Positions 43,585-54,881 of a stretch of 64,000 bases of DNA are shown here, in pieces; position 1 is the stretch's first letter; every line of letters begins with the position of its first letter. The position numbers were made by a program, and so were the translations under genes. The DNA is from Bacteroidales bacterium (lineage in GTDB: Bacteria; Bacteroidota; Bacteroidia; Bacteroidales; VadinHA17), in contig JAGGWN010000016.1 in the NCBI GenBank assembly GCA_021157415.1, positions 35,833-99,832 on the forward strand, written 5' to 3'. The notes under the pieces are model-generated. The model saw nothing but the letters and a program-made list of their open reading frames with translations. It did no database searches and had not been told where the DNA came from.

Positions 43585-44408
43585 TAACGATCTTCGTTTT
43601 CTTTCGTTCTCTCCCACAAAGCGTCCATCTCTTTCAGGGTGAGGTCAGAAAAGGTCTTTTTTTCTTGCTGTGTTATATGCTCCATCTCCGAAAAACGCCG
43701 GATAAATTTGGCGTTGCTTCTCTCCAGGGCGATCTCGGGATCCACTCCATACAGGCGTGCCGCATTGATGACTGAGAAAAGAAGATCTCCGAATTCGGTT
43801 TCCAGTTGTTCTTTCTGTTGAGAGGACTCTTTTTCTGCGATCTGTTCTTTTACTTCCCCGATCTCTTCGTCCAGTTTTTTCCAGATCTTTTCCCTGTTTT
43901 CCCAGTCAAACCCTATTCCGCTGACTTTTTCCTGAATGCGCAGGGCTTTGATCATAGCCGGCAGAGCAGAGGGTACCCCCGCCAGGACAGCGTGTTTCTG
44001 GTTGTTTTTTTCCTTTAGTTTCAGATGTTCCCAGTTTTCCAGTACCTGGGCGGCAGTACTGGCCTGTGTGTCCCCATAGACATGTGGATGCCGGTATATC
44101 AGCTTCTCGCAAAGCGTATTGATCATCCCGGCCAGTGTGAAAGCATTCTCTTCCTGTGCCAGCTTGGCGTAAAAGACAACGTGGAGCAGGAGATCGCCGG
44201 TCTCGATCTTAATCTCTTCCCTATCTTTTTTTACGATGGCATCGGCCAGTTCATATGCTTCCTCGATGGTAAGCTTCCGCAGACTCTCAAAAGTCTGTTC
44301 ACGATCCCAGGGGCATTTTTCCCGCAGATCGTCCATAATGTGCACCAGCCTGTCAAAAGCCTGGAGATAATCAGGTAATTTTTGTGAGTGGTTCATGGAT
44401 AATGTCAA
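43584..44408 (-). CDS. mazG: Nucleoside triphosphate pyrophosphohydrolase MazG
   Basis: Two MazG repeats (EEAYELADAI...ETGDLLLHVVF; EIGEVKEQI...EFGDLLFSVIN). Confidence 0.85.
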   Translation of the reverse strand: MTLSMNHSQKLPDYLQAFDRLVHIMDDLREKCPWDREQTFESLRKLTIEEAYELADAIVKKDREEIKIETGDLLLHVVFYAKLAQEENAFTLAGMINTLCEKLIYRHPHVYGDTQASTAAQVLENWEHLKLKEKNNQKHAVLAGVPSALPAMIKALRIQEKVSGIGFDWENREKIWKKLDEEIGEVKEQIAEKESSQQKEQLETEFGDLLFSVINAARLYGVDPEIALERSNAKFIRRFSEMEHITQQEKKTFSDLTLKEMDALWERTKENEDR

Positions 44409-44410
44409 AG

Positions 44411-45187
44411 TTATTTTTTAAATTTTATGCGTATGGAGGAGTTTATATCAAGTCCCAGTAGTTCACCGGCATTGCCGTGATAAATAGCTATCTCAAGCAG
44501 ATCAAGCGAATTGAACAGTGCCAGGATATCTCCGGGGGGGGTCTCGTAATAGTGTTTATTCAGACGGATGATACGGTACAGACTGCTACCGGTACCGGGA
44601 TATATTTCAAAAGACCTGCCTGCCCCGACACGGTCGAAGGTTTCTTTCGTAATGTTCGTGATGGCGTTGCCATACGAATCAATATAGATCACCAGACCGG
44701 TGATGATCCCTTCTTCAATGGCTGCCCGCATCGGATGGATGCTATCCGGTTTTCCGGCCGGCTGTCCCAGATCTTTGGGCTTTTTACCGGAAACCAGTGC
44801 ACAGGCTACCGGGACAAACTGGTCGAGAACGGGAAACAGGGTTTTCTTTTCGGCGGCAGGAATCCGGTAAACCTCTCCGGGACCGTCGGGGAAAATCAAT
44901 CCTGCAAGTCCTGTATCAGCCATGATGAAATATTGTCCTTCATGCCCTATGATCAATGGTTCTTCCTTACTTTCAGCCTGCAGGCCGACGATATGGACCG
45001 TTCCTTTCGGAAAAAACCCCCAGGTGTTGCGCAGGATGAACGCTGCTTTTTGCTGGTGGAAAGAAGGAATACCATGAGCGATGTCCACAATACGGGCATT
45101 GGGGCATAAAGAGAGGATCTTTCCCTTTACGGCGCCGGTGTAATAATCTCCCTGATGCCAGTCGGTGGTTAACGTTATGATGTTCAT
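44411..45187 (-). CDS. SAM hydrolase / SAM-dependent halogenase family protein (DUF62, SAM hydroxide adenosyltransferase-like)
   Basis: N-terminus ITLTTDWHQGDYYTGAVKGKIL, and IYIDSYGNAITNI. Confidence 0.75.
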   Translation of the reverse strand: MNIITLTTDWHQGDYYTGAVKGKILSLCPNARIVDIAHGIPSFHQQKAAFILRNTWGFFPKGTVHIVGLQAESKEEPLIIGHEGQYFIMADTGLAGLIFPDGPGEVYRIPAAEKKTLFPVLDQFVPVACALVSGKKPKDLGQPAGKPDSIHPMRAAIEEGIITGLVIYIDSYGNAITNITKETFDRVGAGRSFEIYPGTGSSLYRIIRLNKHYYETPPGDILALFNSLDLLEIAIYHGNAGELLGLDINSSIRIKFKK

Positions 45188-45275
45188 CCCTGCAAAAAGT
45201 ATTAAAAATATAGTAACATCCTGAAAAAATACTCTTATTTTGCAAGAGCAAAAGTAATAATTCTCTTAAACCTTT

Positions 45276-46283
45276 ATGTCAGAAAAGATCATATATTTGG
45301 AAGGGATTGATCCGATGATGCTTTATGGTATCCATAACATAGCCATGGAGCGGATTAGCGGGGCTTTTCCGAAACTTAAGATCATCCCCCGGGGCAATGA
45401 GATAAAAGCGGTGGGAGAACCCCGGGAGATCCGTATCTTTGAAGAAAAGATACGGGAGATACTGGATTTTATACATCATCACAATACGCTGAGTGAAGAG
45501 GACCTGAATGATCTTCTGGGTGCAACCTATTCTGTCATGAAGGATAAGCAGGATCAGGGAGATACAATTATTTTCGGGGTGGATGGTCAGCCCATCAAAG
45601 CCCGGACAGTGAACCAGACCCGTTTGGTGAAGGTAGCCGCCCGCAACGATCTGATCCTGGCCATCGGTCCTGCCGGTACTGGAAAGACCTACACCGCCAT
45701 TGCGTTGGCAGTGAGCGCTCTGAAAAACAGAGAGGTGCGCCGTATCATCCTAACCCGGCCGGCTGTAGAAGCCGGTGAGCACCTGGGCTTCCTGCCCGGC
45801 GACGTACGGGACAAACTGGATCCTTACCTCCAACCCTTGTATGATGCCCTCAGGGATATGGTGCCTTTTAAAAAACTGAGCACTTACCTGGAAGATGAAA
45901 CGATCCAGATCGCTCCCCTGGCTTTTATGCGGGGACGTACCCTGGAAAACGCCTTTGTAATCCTGGATGAAGGACAGAACGCTACCGTAAACCAGTTGAA
46001 AATGTTTCTGACACGCATGGGCATGAACTCAAAGTTTATTGTTACTGGCGACGTCACCCAGATTGATCTGCCCCGGAAAAGAAATTCGGGCCTGCTGCAG
46101 GCTATGAAAATTCTGGAAGGGATCCCGGGGATCTCTATCGTGCAGTTCGGTCAGGAAGATATCGTACGTCATCCCCTTGTGAAAGATATCGTGGATGCTT
46201 ATGACAAGGAGAGTAAACAGAGCCGGGAGGAAGAGGATGAGACAAATAACAGGAAAGAAAATGAGGAACAATCAAATGTGTAA
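45276..46283 (+). CDS. phoH: PhoH-family ATPase
   Basis: Walker [14 protein letters not shown] and ILDEGQN. Acidic/low-complexity tail. Confidence 0.85.
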   Translation: MSEKIIYLEGIDPMMLYGIHNIAMERISGAFPKLKIIPRGNEIKAVGEPREIRIFEEKIREILDFIHHHNTLSEEDLNDLLGATYSVMKDKQDQGDTIIFGVDGQPIKARTVNQTRLVKVAARNDLILAIGPAGTGKTYTAIALAVSALKNREVRRIILTRPAVEAGEHLGFLPGDVRDKLDPYLQPLYDALRDMVPFKKLSTYLEDETIQIAPLAFMRGRTLENAFVILDEGQNATVNQLKMFLTRMGMNSKFIVTGDVTQIDLPRKRNSGLLQAMKILEGIPGISIVQFGQEDIVRHPLVKDIVDAYDKESKQSREEEDETNNRKENEEQSNV

Positions 46284-46285
46284 AC

Positions 46286-47239
46286 ATGGGAAAAGAGACT
46301 GCTTTACTGAAAACGGATTTTGCTTTTGACGGGATGACGTCCCGCTATGAAGGAAAAGTGAGGGATGTATATACTCTCCGTGATCAATGGATGGTTATGG
46401 TGGTAACAGACAGAATCTCCGCTTTTGACGTCATCCTGCCCAAAGGCATTCCATATAAAGGACAGGTGCTGAACCGGATTGCGGTGAAGTTTCTGGATGC
46501 TACCGCAGATATTGTGCCTAACTGGAAAATCTCATCGCCTCATCCCAATGTTACCATCGGTTTTAAGGCGGATCCTTTTAAGGTGGAAATGGTGGTCAGA
46601 GGTTATCTTACCGGCCATGCCTGGAGAGAATACAGGTCGGGAAAAAGAACACTTTGCGGCATCCCTCTCCCCGAGGGGATGAAAGAACATCAGCGTTTCC
46701 CGGAACCAATCCTAACCCCTACCACCAAAGCCGAAATCGGTCATGATGAAGATATTTCCAGAGAAGAGATCATACGGTCGGGACTGGTGCCTGCAGAAGA
46801 ATATGAAGAGCTGGAGAGACTGTCTCTCGCCTTGTTCAGGAGAGGAACGGAGATGGCCGCAGAAAAAGGACTGATCCTGGTGGATACCAAGTATGAATTT
46901 GGAAAAAGGAATGGAAAGATTATCCTGATAGATGAAATACATACCCCCGATTCTTCCCGGTATTTTTATGCAGACGGTTATGAATCCCGTCTTGCCAAAG
47001 GAGAACCGCAACGACAACTGTCAAAAGAGTTTGTCAGGGAATGGTTGATAGAAAAAGGATTTCAGGGAAAAGCAGGCCAGCAGATCCCGGAGATGACACC
47101 GGATTTTGTGGAGGAAGTTTCGCGGCGCTATTTAGAATTATACGAACAAATTACCGGAGATCCTTTTGAAAAAGGAGCATTGGATAACCTTGAGGATCAT
47201 ATTTACCGGAGTGTGGAAGAAGAAGTGAAGAAATTCTAA
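46286..47239 (+). CDS. purC: Phosphoribosylaminoimidazole-succinocarboxamide (SAICAR) synthase
   Basis: [17 protein letters not shown] and [11 protein letters not shown] motifs. Starts 3 nt after phoH. Confidence 0.85.
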   Translation: MGKETALLKTDFAFDGMTSRYEGKVRDVYTLRDQWMVMVVTDRISAFDVILPKGIPYKGQVLNRIAVKFLDATADIVPNWKISSPHPNVTIGFKADPFKVEMVVRGYLTGHAWREYRSGKRTLCGIPLPEGMKEHQRFPEPILTPTTKAEIGHDEDISREEIIRSGLVPAEEYEELERLSLALFRRGTEMAAEKGLILVDTKYEFGKRNGKIILIDEIHTPDSSRYFYADGYESRLAKGEPQRQLSKEFVREWLIEKGFQGKAGQQIPEMTPDFVEEVSRRYLELYEQITGDPFEKGALDNLEDHIYRSVEEEVKKF

Positions 47240-47279
47240 AAATCCGGAGGCAGGCGGATTTGCTGCAGCGTGCACAGCA
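47240..47279 (+). terminator. Two adjacent hairpins after purC (candidate terminator)
   Basis: AAATCCG-gaggcagg-CGGATTT, then TGCTG-cagcgtgca-CAGCA. Confidence 0.35.
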
Positions 47280-47299
47280 TAAAAACGATTATGCAGGAA

Positions 47300-48352
47300 C
47301 TACAATCCGATGATCTTTCTGATTTTGTACTCCAGTTCTTCGTGTTGGGTAAAAGGACGGGAGCCGAATAATTTTTTCTGTCTCACTTCATCCAGACTTT
47401 CGGGGTCGCCGGGACGAAAGTGTAATTGTTTTTCCGGGACGCCCAGTATCATGGGCATCTCTTCAAATACAAAACCGTAGATATGCCGTATCAGGGAGTC
47501 GCGATGGTCGGATAACTCCAGTGTTTCGAGGGCTTTCTCGAATGGAATCGTTTCAGCAAATCCCCGTTCGCCTTTGTAATACTGATCTTTTCTTTTGTGG
47601 AATTCCTCAATCTGTACCGGATCCAGTGCGCGGGCCATATCCAGGGCAAACTCCATAAAACGGTGAAAAAGAAAATCGGTAATATCCTTACTGCTGCTGC
47701 CTTCATAAGCCAACAGAGCAGCGCTGTGGTGCCAGCGACGTTGCATTTTGATGAGATGATAACGGTCAGAAACCCCGACCCACCACTGCCGGGCCTGTGT
47801 CAGATACTCTCCGGCTTTTTTACGGTCGCCTTGTCCGAGGTGGAAATCGGCCAGCCGGATTATGTGGTAGTAAGTGTCTGCTGAAGGCGGATGTTTTTGA
47901 AGGAATTTTTCCAGGTAATCTATGGCTTTTCCGGGACTTTCCATTTCCAGCAATTCAGCCATGGTGATATGGACATTCAGGAAATAAGAATCCGTGCCGG
48001 GCAACCGCTTGATCAGATCCTCCATCCATTGGCGGGCTTCTGTATAGGGGAGCTTCGCGTCTTTCTTCATATAGGGGACCAGCTTGTTAACAGTGGTTAC
48101 CAGGGCGGTGTTTCTTTCTTCCAGATAATTTTCTGCAAGATCCTCAAGAAATAAAACTGCTTCATGATACCCTTTGGTCTTGCGTATTCGGGTAGCCTGG
48201 ATCATCAGGTGGTGAATATCCGCTTTTGGAATTTTTAGGGCAGAATCGTTGGGTGTGGCTGCAGGGCCAAGGTCAAGCACCGGATCGGAAGCAGCAGCAT
48301 GCCTGCCTTGCCCGCCCTTGTTTCCGAACCATTTTTTTAAAAATGACAGCAT
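47300..48352 (-). CDS. Hypothetical cytoplasmic protein (helical, TPR-like by eye)
   Basis: ORF 47300..48451. The internal ATG at 48352 (MLSFLKKWFGNKGG...) is more plausible than the extended start. No motif recognised. Confidence 0.6.
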   Translation of the reverse strand: MLSFLKKWFGNKGGQGRHAAASDPVLDLGPAATPNDSALKIPKADIHHLMIQATRIRKTKGYHEAVLFLEDLAENYLEERNTALVTTVNKLVPYMKKDAKLPYTEARQWMEDLIKRLPGTDSYFLNVHITMAELLEMESPGKAIDYLEKFLQKHPPSADTYYHIIRLADFHLGQGDRKKAGEYLTQARQWWVGVSDRYHLIKMQRRWHHSAALLAYEGSSSKDITDFLFHRFMEFALDMARALDPVQIEEFHKRKDQYYKGERGFAETIPFEKALETLELSDHRDSLIRHIYGFVFEEMPMILGVPEKQLHFRPGDPESLDEVRQKKLFGSRPFTQHEELEYKIRKIIGL

Positions 48353-48580
48353 GTATATTCTCTTAACCCGGGGTTTGTGAATTGATTTTCTGAAAGTATA
48401 AAAATCTTTGCAAAATTCAAAAACAAATCTTAAAAAAAGCCTCTTTTTCAAGCTACTTAAACCCTATGGGGATAAGAAAATAAAATGGCAGAATCCTTTT
48501 AAATGATTGCAGATAAAAGCACACGGATAAGCATTCGCGATTAAAATGCAACTACGTAGATAACCCTGGCTCCTCAACTC

Positions 48581-50824
48581 TTAGCCCTCTTCTCCTGCAT
48601 TATAATCCAGATAGTCCAGTAACAAGGGAATTTCGTCGGGGTCAATCCCGTTTTTCAGCAACCAGGGTTTGTCTGCCTCAAAGGAAGTCAGGAAGTTGTG
48701 GAAGGACTCAAATCCTCTCCGGATGGAAGCCTCATAAAGCCGGATTGCTTCAGGACGGTTCTTCAGAACCCATTCCACATGACCTGCATTCAGGTAATCA
48801 TGCCGTGTGGGGGCTTTTTCAAGAATCTTTCCATAGTATTTCCTGGCTTCATTCAGTTTGCCCAGTGCAAAATAGCACCATGCGATAGGTCGCCAGATCT
48901 TGATAGAATTGGGCTGATTATATTCTACCTTGAAGTAATGTTTCAGTGCCTGGTCGAATTTTTCCATATCCAGGTAACAATGGCCTATGGAGGCCTGGAT
49001 GTACATATTTTCAGGATCGTGTTTTTCGGCCTGGCCGTAATACTTCAGGGCCTCTTCGGGTTTTTTCAACGCCCGGTAACAATAGGCAATCTTTTTAACA
49101 AGCCATTTTTTGTTTTTATCAAACAGTTCGGCTTGTTTATAATATTCCAGGGCCTCTTCATAGCGCCGCAGTTTCTGACAGGCGTATCCCATCTTTTCCA
49201 TCAGTTCGTAAGAGGGGGGATGCTGATCACCCTTCAGTTGCCGGAAAATATCCAAAGCTTCTTCATACCGATCGTGTTCGAAAAAGTAGGCGCCTATGGT
49301 TTCCCTGACGGTACTTTCATGTACAAGTTTCCCGAAGAACCGGCTGTTATACAGATCCAGAGGGCGGCTGAAGAGATCGTCGAACTCATGGCGAAATGGG
49401 TAGAGCTTGAAGAAACGGTAAAGATCCTGAATATACTGAGTGTAAATGACTTTTGATTTCTGGTCGGGTTTCAGCATGTTGTCTTCGCGGGTCAGCTCAT
49501 TCATCCCTTCCAGTTCGGCATTGAACAGGTTCACAATGACTTGCTTCTGAGCTGCCGGCATGATACGCAGGTTCATGCAGAAAGAATATTTGTCGGAGTT
49601 ACAAATAAATGGAGTTTGAAACAGTCCTTCGACGAAAGTGTTTTTGTCAAATTCATGTTCTTCTCCCGCAAGAGACTCGTCAACTACCGGATTGTCCGGG
49701 AAGAAAGGCGTAAACCAGTTCATGAGCTCTTCGAAAAAACTAAAGTTTTTCAGGTGGGCAAAAGCCGACATGAACACATCGGCTCCTTCCATCTGCAGTT
49801 TTGAGAATTCTTCCATCTTGGCATACAGGTTCTCCGACCCTTTGAATACTCTCGACCAGTCCGGGTTCTTATCTTCCAGGAAATCTTCCGGGATCAGCTC
49901 ATCCAGTTTCAGCTTTTCCTGCAGGTTGGGTCCCAGTTTGGTGATCTCGGGAATGATTTCCTCTTTCAGCTTTTTGGTGATCTTTTCCGTTTCTTTCGAG
50001 CGGATGATCTGTAAGGTGATGGCTTCGATATCTTTTTCAATATTTTGTTGTTCCCCAAGGCCGGCCAGTATATCTTCCAGTTCGGGATAAACGGGGAGGA
50101 TATCATCAAACTGATAGAAAGCCAGTATCATGCCTGTGAGACTGCGTTCCCGTACTTCGGGTTCCGAATCCAGAAAATAACGATGCAGCAGGACAAATTT
50201 GGTCTGGTCAAAGTATCGCAGGAGAGAAAGGGTGATGGCACTGACAAACAAAGCCCGTTCGTGCCAGGCAAATTTCCTGTGGTCGAGGGTGAGATCAACC
50301 AGTTCGTGAGCACCCTCCGTATATTCGTCCGTGAGCCAAAGGTAATTGAACAGGTTTCGGATCATCTCATGATGTTTCCTGTATTCACCGGGCAGAGGGC
50401 TGTTGAGGCCATAATCCCCTTTCAGCAATTCTTTGATATCCTGACTGAAATAAAGATCATCCAGCTTGTTAATGTACTCATTGCCACTCAGGCGCTGCCT
50501 CATGTTGAAATCGTGTTTCAGAACGGAGGTCTGGCGTGTGGTATCCTTTTCCAGAATCTTTTCGCGTGTACGGTTGTTCAGCTGAAGAATAGAACGCCGA
50601 AGGTGGTTATATATCTTCATCCTTTCCGGGTCGTCGATCCCTTCCATCGTATATTTTAACATACTTTCATAGGTAATGTTCAGATTCTCCAGCGTGGTGA
50701 TTAATTCTCCCAACTGGGTATCCAGTATCAACCCTTTCAGCTCTTCCAGTGCCTTTTTCAGACGTTGTATGGCAACCAGTTTGTTGATTTTCCGGTATCT
50801 CTGATTGATTTCTTGCGTATTCAT
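48581..50824 (-). CDS. Large protein with uncharacterised N-terminal region of about 480 aa and C-terminal TPR repeats
   Basis: 747 aa. The C-terminus carries repeated A-x-x-x-Y-x-x-A TPR signatures (EEALEYYKQAE, EEALKYYGQAE, DQALKHYFKVE, NEARKYYGKIL). Confidence 0.7.
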   Translation of the reverse strand: MNTQEINQRYRKINKLVAIQRLKKALEELKGLILDTQLGELITTLENLNITYESMLKYTMEGIDDPERMKIYNHLRRSILQLNNRTREKILEKDTTRQTSVLKHDFNMRQRLSGNEYINKLDDLYFSQDIKELLKGDYGLNSPLPGEYRKHHEMIRNLFNYLWLTDEYTEGAHELVDLTLDHRKFAWHERALFVSAITLSLLRYFDQTKFVLLHRYFLDSEPEVRERSLTGMILAFYQFDDILPVYPELEDILAGLGEQQNIEKDIEAITLQIIRSKETEKITKKLKEEIIPEITKLGPNLQEKLKLDELIPEDFLEDKNPDWSRVFKGSENLYAKMEEFSKLQMEGADVFMSAFAHLKNFSFFEELMNWFTPFFPDNPVVDESLAGEEHEFDKNTFVEGLFQTPFICNSDKYSFCMNLRIMPAAQKQVIVNLFNAELEGMNELTREDNMLKPDQKSKVIYTQYIQDLYRFFKLYPFRHEFDDLFSRPLDLYNSRFFGKLVHESTVRETIGAYFFEHDRYEEALDIFRQLKGDQHPPSYELMEKMGYACQKLRRYEEALEYYKQAELFDKNKKWLVKKIAYCYRALKKPEEALKYYGQAEKHDPENMYIQASIGHCYLDMEKFDQALKHYFKVEYNQPNSIKIWRPIAWCYFALGKLNEARKYYGKILEKAPTRHDYLNAGHVEWVLKNRPEAIRLYEASIRRGFESFHNFLTSFEADKPWLLKNGIDPDEIPLLLDYLDYNAGEEG

Positions 50825-50888
50825 CTTTTGCGAATCTTTATTATATGATCTTTATAGCATGACAAAATTCGTTCCATGACTTGTTTTT

Positions 50889-50928
50889 GCCGTTTTGGCA
50901 GGGAAAATGCATTTTCCCGCCAAACGGC
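50889..50928. promoter_or_regulatory. 40-nt imperfect palindrome with a perfect 18-nt core (GGGAAAATG/CATTTTCCC)
   Basis: gccgttttggca-GGGAAAATGCATTTTCCC-gccaaacggc. Lies 65-104 nt upstream of the 747-aa gene, in the divergent gap shared with the tolC operon. Confidence 0.4.
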
Positions 50929-51255
50929 TGTTATCTTTAGTAAGATACGTAAAATTGTTTTCTCAGGGAATAAAATTTAACAAGGGTTGTCATATAGTCA
51001 TAACACGGATTGTCATAATTTGTAAGTATTACTTTGATTTTGCAAAAAACCTTATGCACGGGTTCTATGCTTTTCTTCTCCTCCTGTATGTTTTTTTGCG
51101 GGTGCCTGACCGGTCGCTTCAGACGAAGAGCCTGGTAACGGGGATGACATAATCGACAAAATGCCGGGTACTGGTGATCATAAAAAATTAACCAAACAGA
51201 ATAAAAACCTTTTTTTGATTGTCTAAATTGCGTTAATTATAAAGAAAAATATTTC

Positions 51256-52698
51256 ATGATGAAGATTATCAGATTTTCTTTGCTTACGGTTATGATGGTT
51301 CTGACAGGGATGACGCAAGCGCAGCAGACACAGCCGTGGTCGCTTCAGGCATGTATTGATACTGCTTTGCAGAATAATATCCAGATGAACCAGCAGCGGC
51401 TGAACAACCGGCTGACAGAGATAAATTATGAACAGTCCAGGGCCCAACGTATCCCTACCCTGAATGCTTCTGCTTCACAGTCGTATAGCTTCGGGAGATC
51501 TATTGACCCTTATACCAACCAGTACAATAACAATAACTTTGCCAGCAACAGTTTTTCCATGAATTCCAGCCTGACCCTTTTCAACGGGTTTCAGATAAAA
51601 AACAAGATCAAGCAAAATGCAATTGATCTGAAAGCCGGTGAAAAAGACCTGGAAACCCTGAAAAAGAATGTTACGCTGAATGTCGTGTTAGGATATGTGC
51701 AGGTATTGTTTGCCTATGATCAATTGGAGAATGCTCGCACCAAAGTGTCTTCGACAAAAGCTCAGGTGGAAAGAACTGAAAAACTGGTAGAGATGGGAGA
51801 GCTGCCGGAGAGCAATCTGTTACAGATGCAATCACAAATGGCCACCGATCATTATGCACAGGTCAATGCGGAAAACCAGTTATGGATGTCCAAAGTGAAC
51901 CTGATGCAGTTGATGGAGATCCCGGTGAGTGCCGGTTTTGATGTGGTAAGGCCGCAATTGCCCGATTCCCTTGACACCCGGATTCTTACACGCAAAACAG
52001 ACGAGATTTATCAGGAAGCATTGCACACGCAGCCACAGGTGCAAAGTGCTGCCCTGAAAGTGATGAGCGCAGAAAAAAATCTTGAAATATCGCGTGGAGC
52101 CATGTATCCGCGTTTGTCCTTATCCGCTAATCTCAGTTCGGGATATTCCAACGCCCGTTCCCTTTACGACCGTAGTTATACGACCGTAACCCAGGAAATC
52201 GGATATCTGGCTTCAGACCCGACTGAAAAAGTGCTGGCTGACAAACAGCAGGCCCTGGTGGAATCCAGACCGTATCCATTCCAGAATCAGGTATGGGACA
52301 ACTTCGGACAATCCGTGCGGTTATCTCTTAGTATCCCCATATTTAATAATAAGCAGGTAAAAACCAATATTAAACGGTCTATGATTAATATTGAGACGGC
52401 CCGCCTGAATGAATTAACCGTAAAAGTACAACTGAGGAAAGAGGTTGAACAGGCTTTCAGTGACCTGATCGTTGCTTCCAAAAGTTTTGCTGCTGCTTAC
52501 GAACAATTACGGTCGGCCCGGAAGTCATATCTGGATGTGGAAAAAAAATATGATTTGGGGCTTCTGAATGCTACGGACTATCTGATAGAAAAAAACAATT
52601 ATGCCAATGCTCAGGTGACGCTGACAAGAAATAAGTATGATTTTATTTTCAAGGAGAAGATCCTTGACTTTTATAGGGGGAAACCCATCCATTTTTAA
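51256..52698 (+). CDS. TolC-family outer-membrane efflux protein
   Basis: Signal peptide. Two-repeat coiled/beta architecture (LSLQACIDTALQNN..., ...KYDFIFKEKILDFYRG). Confidence 0.8.
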   Translation: MMKIIRFSLLTVMMVLTGMTQAQQTQPWSLQACIDTALQNNIQMNQQRLNNRLTEINYEQSRAQRIPTLNASASQSYSFGRSIDPYTNQYNNNNFASNSFSMNSSLTLFNGFQIKNKIKQNAIDLKAGEKDLETLKKNVTLNVVLGYVQVLFAYDQLENARTKVSSTKAQVERTEKLVEMGELPESNLLQMQSQMATDHYAQVNAENQLWMSKVNLMQLMEIPVSAGFDVVRPQLPDSLDTRILTRKTDEIYQEALHTQPQVQSAALKVMSAEKNLEISRGAMYPRLSLSANLSSGYSNARSLYDRSYTTVTQEIGYLASDPTEKVLADKQQALVESRPYPFQNQVWDNFGQSVRLSLSIPIFNNKQVKTNIKRSMINIETARLNELTVKVQLRKEVEQAFSDLIVASKSFAAAYEQLRSARKSYLDVEKKYDLGLLNATDYLIEKNNYANAQVTLTRNKYDFIFKEKILDFYRGKPIHF

Positions 52699-52737
52699 TA
52701 CTGTCTTTGTGAAAAACGTAAGTAAAATTTTTAAAAA

Positions 52738-54099
52738 ATGAAAAAAGGAATAATTATTGGTCTGGTGGTAATCATACTGGGTGCCGTTGTTTATTTTCTA
52801 TGGTTCCGAAAGTCCGACAGGTCGTCTTCCGTTTCCTGGGAGACGGTAAGCATTGAACGGGGGAATATCCGGAATGAGGTGACGGCTACCGGCACGCTGC
52901 AGGCCGTGACAGAGGTAGAAGTTGGAACCCAGGTATCGGGCAAGATCAATGAGATCTTCGTGGATTTTAACTCAAAGGTCAGGAAAGGGGAGGTGATAGC
53001 CCGTCTGGATACCACTACGCTGGCTGCCCAGGTGTTTGATGCCCAAGCCACGATGCAGCGTATGAAAATACAATTGAGGCAGGCTGAAAGAGATTACAAA
53101 CGTACCCGTGAACTTTACAAACAAAAGGTCATGGCCCGGATAGATTATGAGAAAGCCCTGAATGCATACGAAACGGCCCAGGCAAACCTTTATTCTGCCG
53201 AGGCACAGCTCAACAGGCTGAAAACCAACATGGGGTATGCCACCATCACTTCTCCGATCGATGGAGTGGTCATTTCAAGGAATGTTGAGGTGGGGCAGAC
53301 CGTGGCAGCCAGTTTTAATTCGCCCACGTTGTTTCAGATTGTGAACGACCTGACAAAAATGCAGGTAGAAGCCGATGTGGATGAAGCAGATATAGGACAG
53401 GTGAAAGTGGGGCAGGAGGTGTCTTTCACCGTGGATGCCTATCCTGATGATAATTTTAACGGACAGGTCAGGCAGATACGGTTGCAACCGGTGGTTATCT
53501 CCAATGTGGTGAACTATATCGTGATCATTGATGTGCCCAACCCGGAAATGAAATTGATGCCCGGCATGACAGCCAGCCTGTCTATCTATGTGAACAAGGC
53601 GGACAGTGTCCTGTGTGTGCCGGCAAAAGCCCTGACCTTCCGGCCACCGGAAAGTTATCTGGAACATTATAATGAGAATCTTCCGGACTCGGTTAAAAAG
53701 AAACAGGATGAGAGAATGCAGCGTATCCGTCAGAGGATGAAATCGATGGGCATGACCGATGCACAGATAGACCAGCGCATAAAAAAATTTCAGGAGATGC
53801 GAAAGGAAGGCGGACAATCCGGCGCTTTTATGAACAGAGGAGGTGCTGCTGTGGGCGGAAGGCAGGCTTCCCGGAAAGTAACCTTTGGGAATATATGGAT
53901 TCTTGAAAATAATAGCCTCCGCCCCGTGCGTGTCCGTACCGGCCTGTCTGACGGCAGATATACCGAGATTTCAGGCAGGGAAGTGAAGGAAGGTATGGAA
54001 GTGGTTACCGGTTATAGTATGTCCGCGGAAAAGAAACAATCCTCCTCAGAGATGCAGCGCAGTCCATTCCTGCCGAAGTTCGGAAGAGGGAGAAGATAA
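52738..54099 (+). CDS. Efflux periplasmic adaptor (HlyD/MacA family)
   Basis: N-terminal TM segment. Lipoyl/beta-barrel motifs ([32 protein letters not shown]; [20 protein letters not shown]). Confidence 0.85.
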   Translation: MKKGIIIGLVVIILGAVVYFLWFRKSDRSSSVSWETVSIERGNIRNEVTATGTLQAVTEVEVGTQVSGKINEIFVDFNSKVRKGEVIARLDTTTLAAQVFDAQATMQRMKIQLRQAERDYKRTRELYKQKVMARIDYEKALNAYETAQANLYSAEAQLNRLKTNMGYATITSPIDGVVISRNVEVGQTVAASFNSPTLFQIVNDLTKMQVEADVDEADIGQVKVGQEVSFTVDAYPDDNFNGQVRQIRLQPVVISNVVNYIVIIDVPNPEMKLMPGMTASLSIYVNKADSVLCVPAKALTFRPPESYLEHYNENLPDSVKKKQDERMQRIRQRMKSMGMTDAQIDQRIKKFQEMRKEGGQSGAFMNRGGAAVGGRQASRKVTFGNIWILENNSLRPVRVRTGLSDGRYTEISGREVKEGMEVVTGYSMSAEKKQSSSEMQRSPFLPKFGRGRR

Positions 54100-54110
54100 A
54101 CAGGGATATT

Positions 54111-54881
54111 ATGGATAAAAATATTATTAAAGTGCGGTCGCTGGTGAAAGTGTATGACATGGGAGAGGTGAAGGTACATGCCCTGCGCGGAGTGGATCTG
54201 GATGTGTATGCCGGAGAGTTTGTCTCCATTATGGGTCCCAGCGGGTCGGGAAAATCTACTTTCATGAACATTCTGGGATGTCTGGACCTGCCCACCTCGG
54301 GGAAGTATTTCCTGGATGGCGTGGATGTGAATACGCTCAGCCGCGATGATCTGGCCCATCTGCGAAACCGCAAGATCGGATTTGTGTTCCAGACTTATAA
54401 TCTGCTGCCACGTACCACAGCCCTGGAAAATGTTGAGTTGCCTTTGTTTTATAACAGGGAGATCAAGAAAAAAGAACGCCTTGAACGGTCCAGACATGTG
54501 ATGGAGATGGTGGGGCTGGCCGACAGGATGATGCATTATCCCAATCAACTATCCGGAGGACAACAGCAAAGGGTGGCCATTGCCCGTGCTCTGGTCAATA
54601 ACCCGGTCATTATGTTGGCGGATGAACCTACCGGAAACCTCGATACCCATGCCAGCTTTGAGATCATGGACATTTTTCAGAAACTGAATGAGGAAGGAAT
54701 TACTATTTGTTTGGTGACGCACGAGCCGGATATCTCTCAGTTTGCTGTTCGAAAAGTGATGTTCCGGGATGGGAAAATACACCGGGAAGTGATGGTACAG
54801 AACCGGAAAAATGCATGGGAAGAATTACAGAAATTGCCAAAAGAGGAAGAGGAAGATTACCAGGAAAACGAACAATCATGA
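54111..54881 (+). CDS. MacB/LolD-type ABC transporter ATP-binding protein
   Basis: Walker [10 protein letters not shown], signature [14 protein letters not shown], Walker [12 protein letters not shown]. Confidence 0.9.
   Translation: MDKNIIKVRSLVKVYDMGEVKVHALRGVDLDVYAGEFVSIMGPSGSGKSTFMNILGCLDLPTSGKYFLDGVDVNTLSRDDLAHLRNRKIGFVFQTYNLLPRTTALENVELPLFYNREIKKKERLERSRHVMEMVGLADRMMHYPNQLSGGQQQRVAIARALVNNPVIMLADEPTGNLDTHASFEIMDIFQKLNEEGITICLVTHEPDISQFAVRKVMFRDGKIHREVMVQNRKNAWEELQKLPKEEEEDYQENEQS

Noticed and set aside
50895-51152. 85-aa ORF in the tolC upstream region
   Set aside because: It has a TTG start, no motif, and spans the palindromic and repeat regulatory elements. It is more likely non-coding promoter DNA.
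51095-51180. Possible riboswitch upstream of tolC, because of the GC-richer stretch gggtgcctgaccgg...ctggtaacgggg
   Set aside because: I could not match it to the TPP, cobalamin, fluoride, c-di-GMP or other consensus cores that I know. It is mentioned only within the promoter finding.
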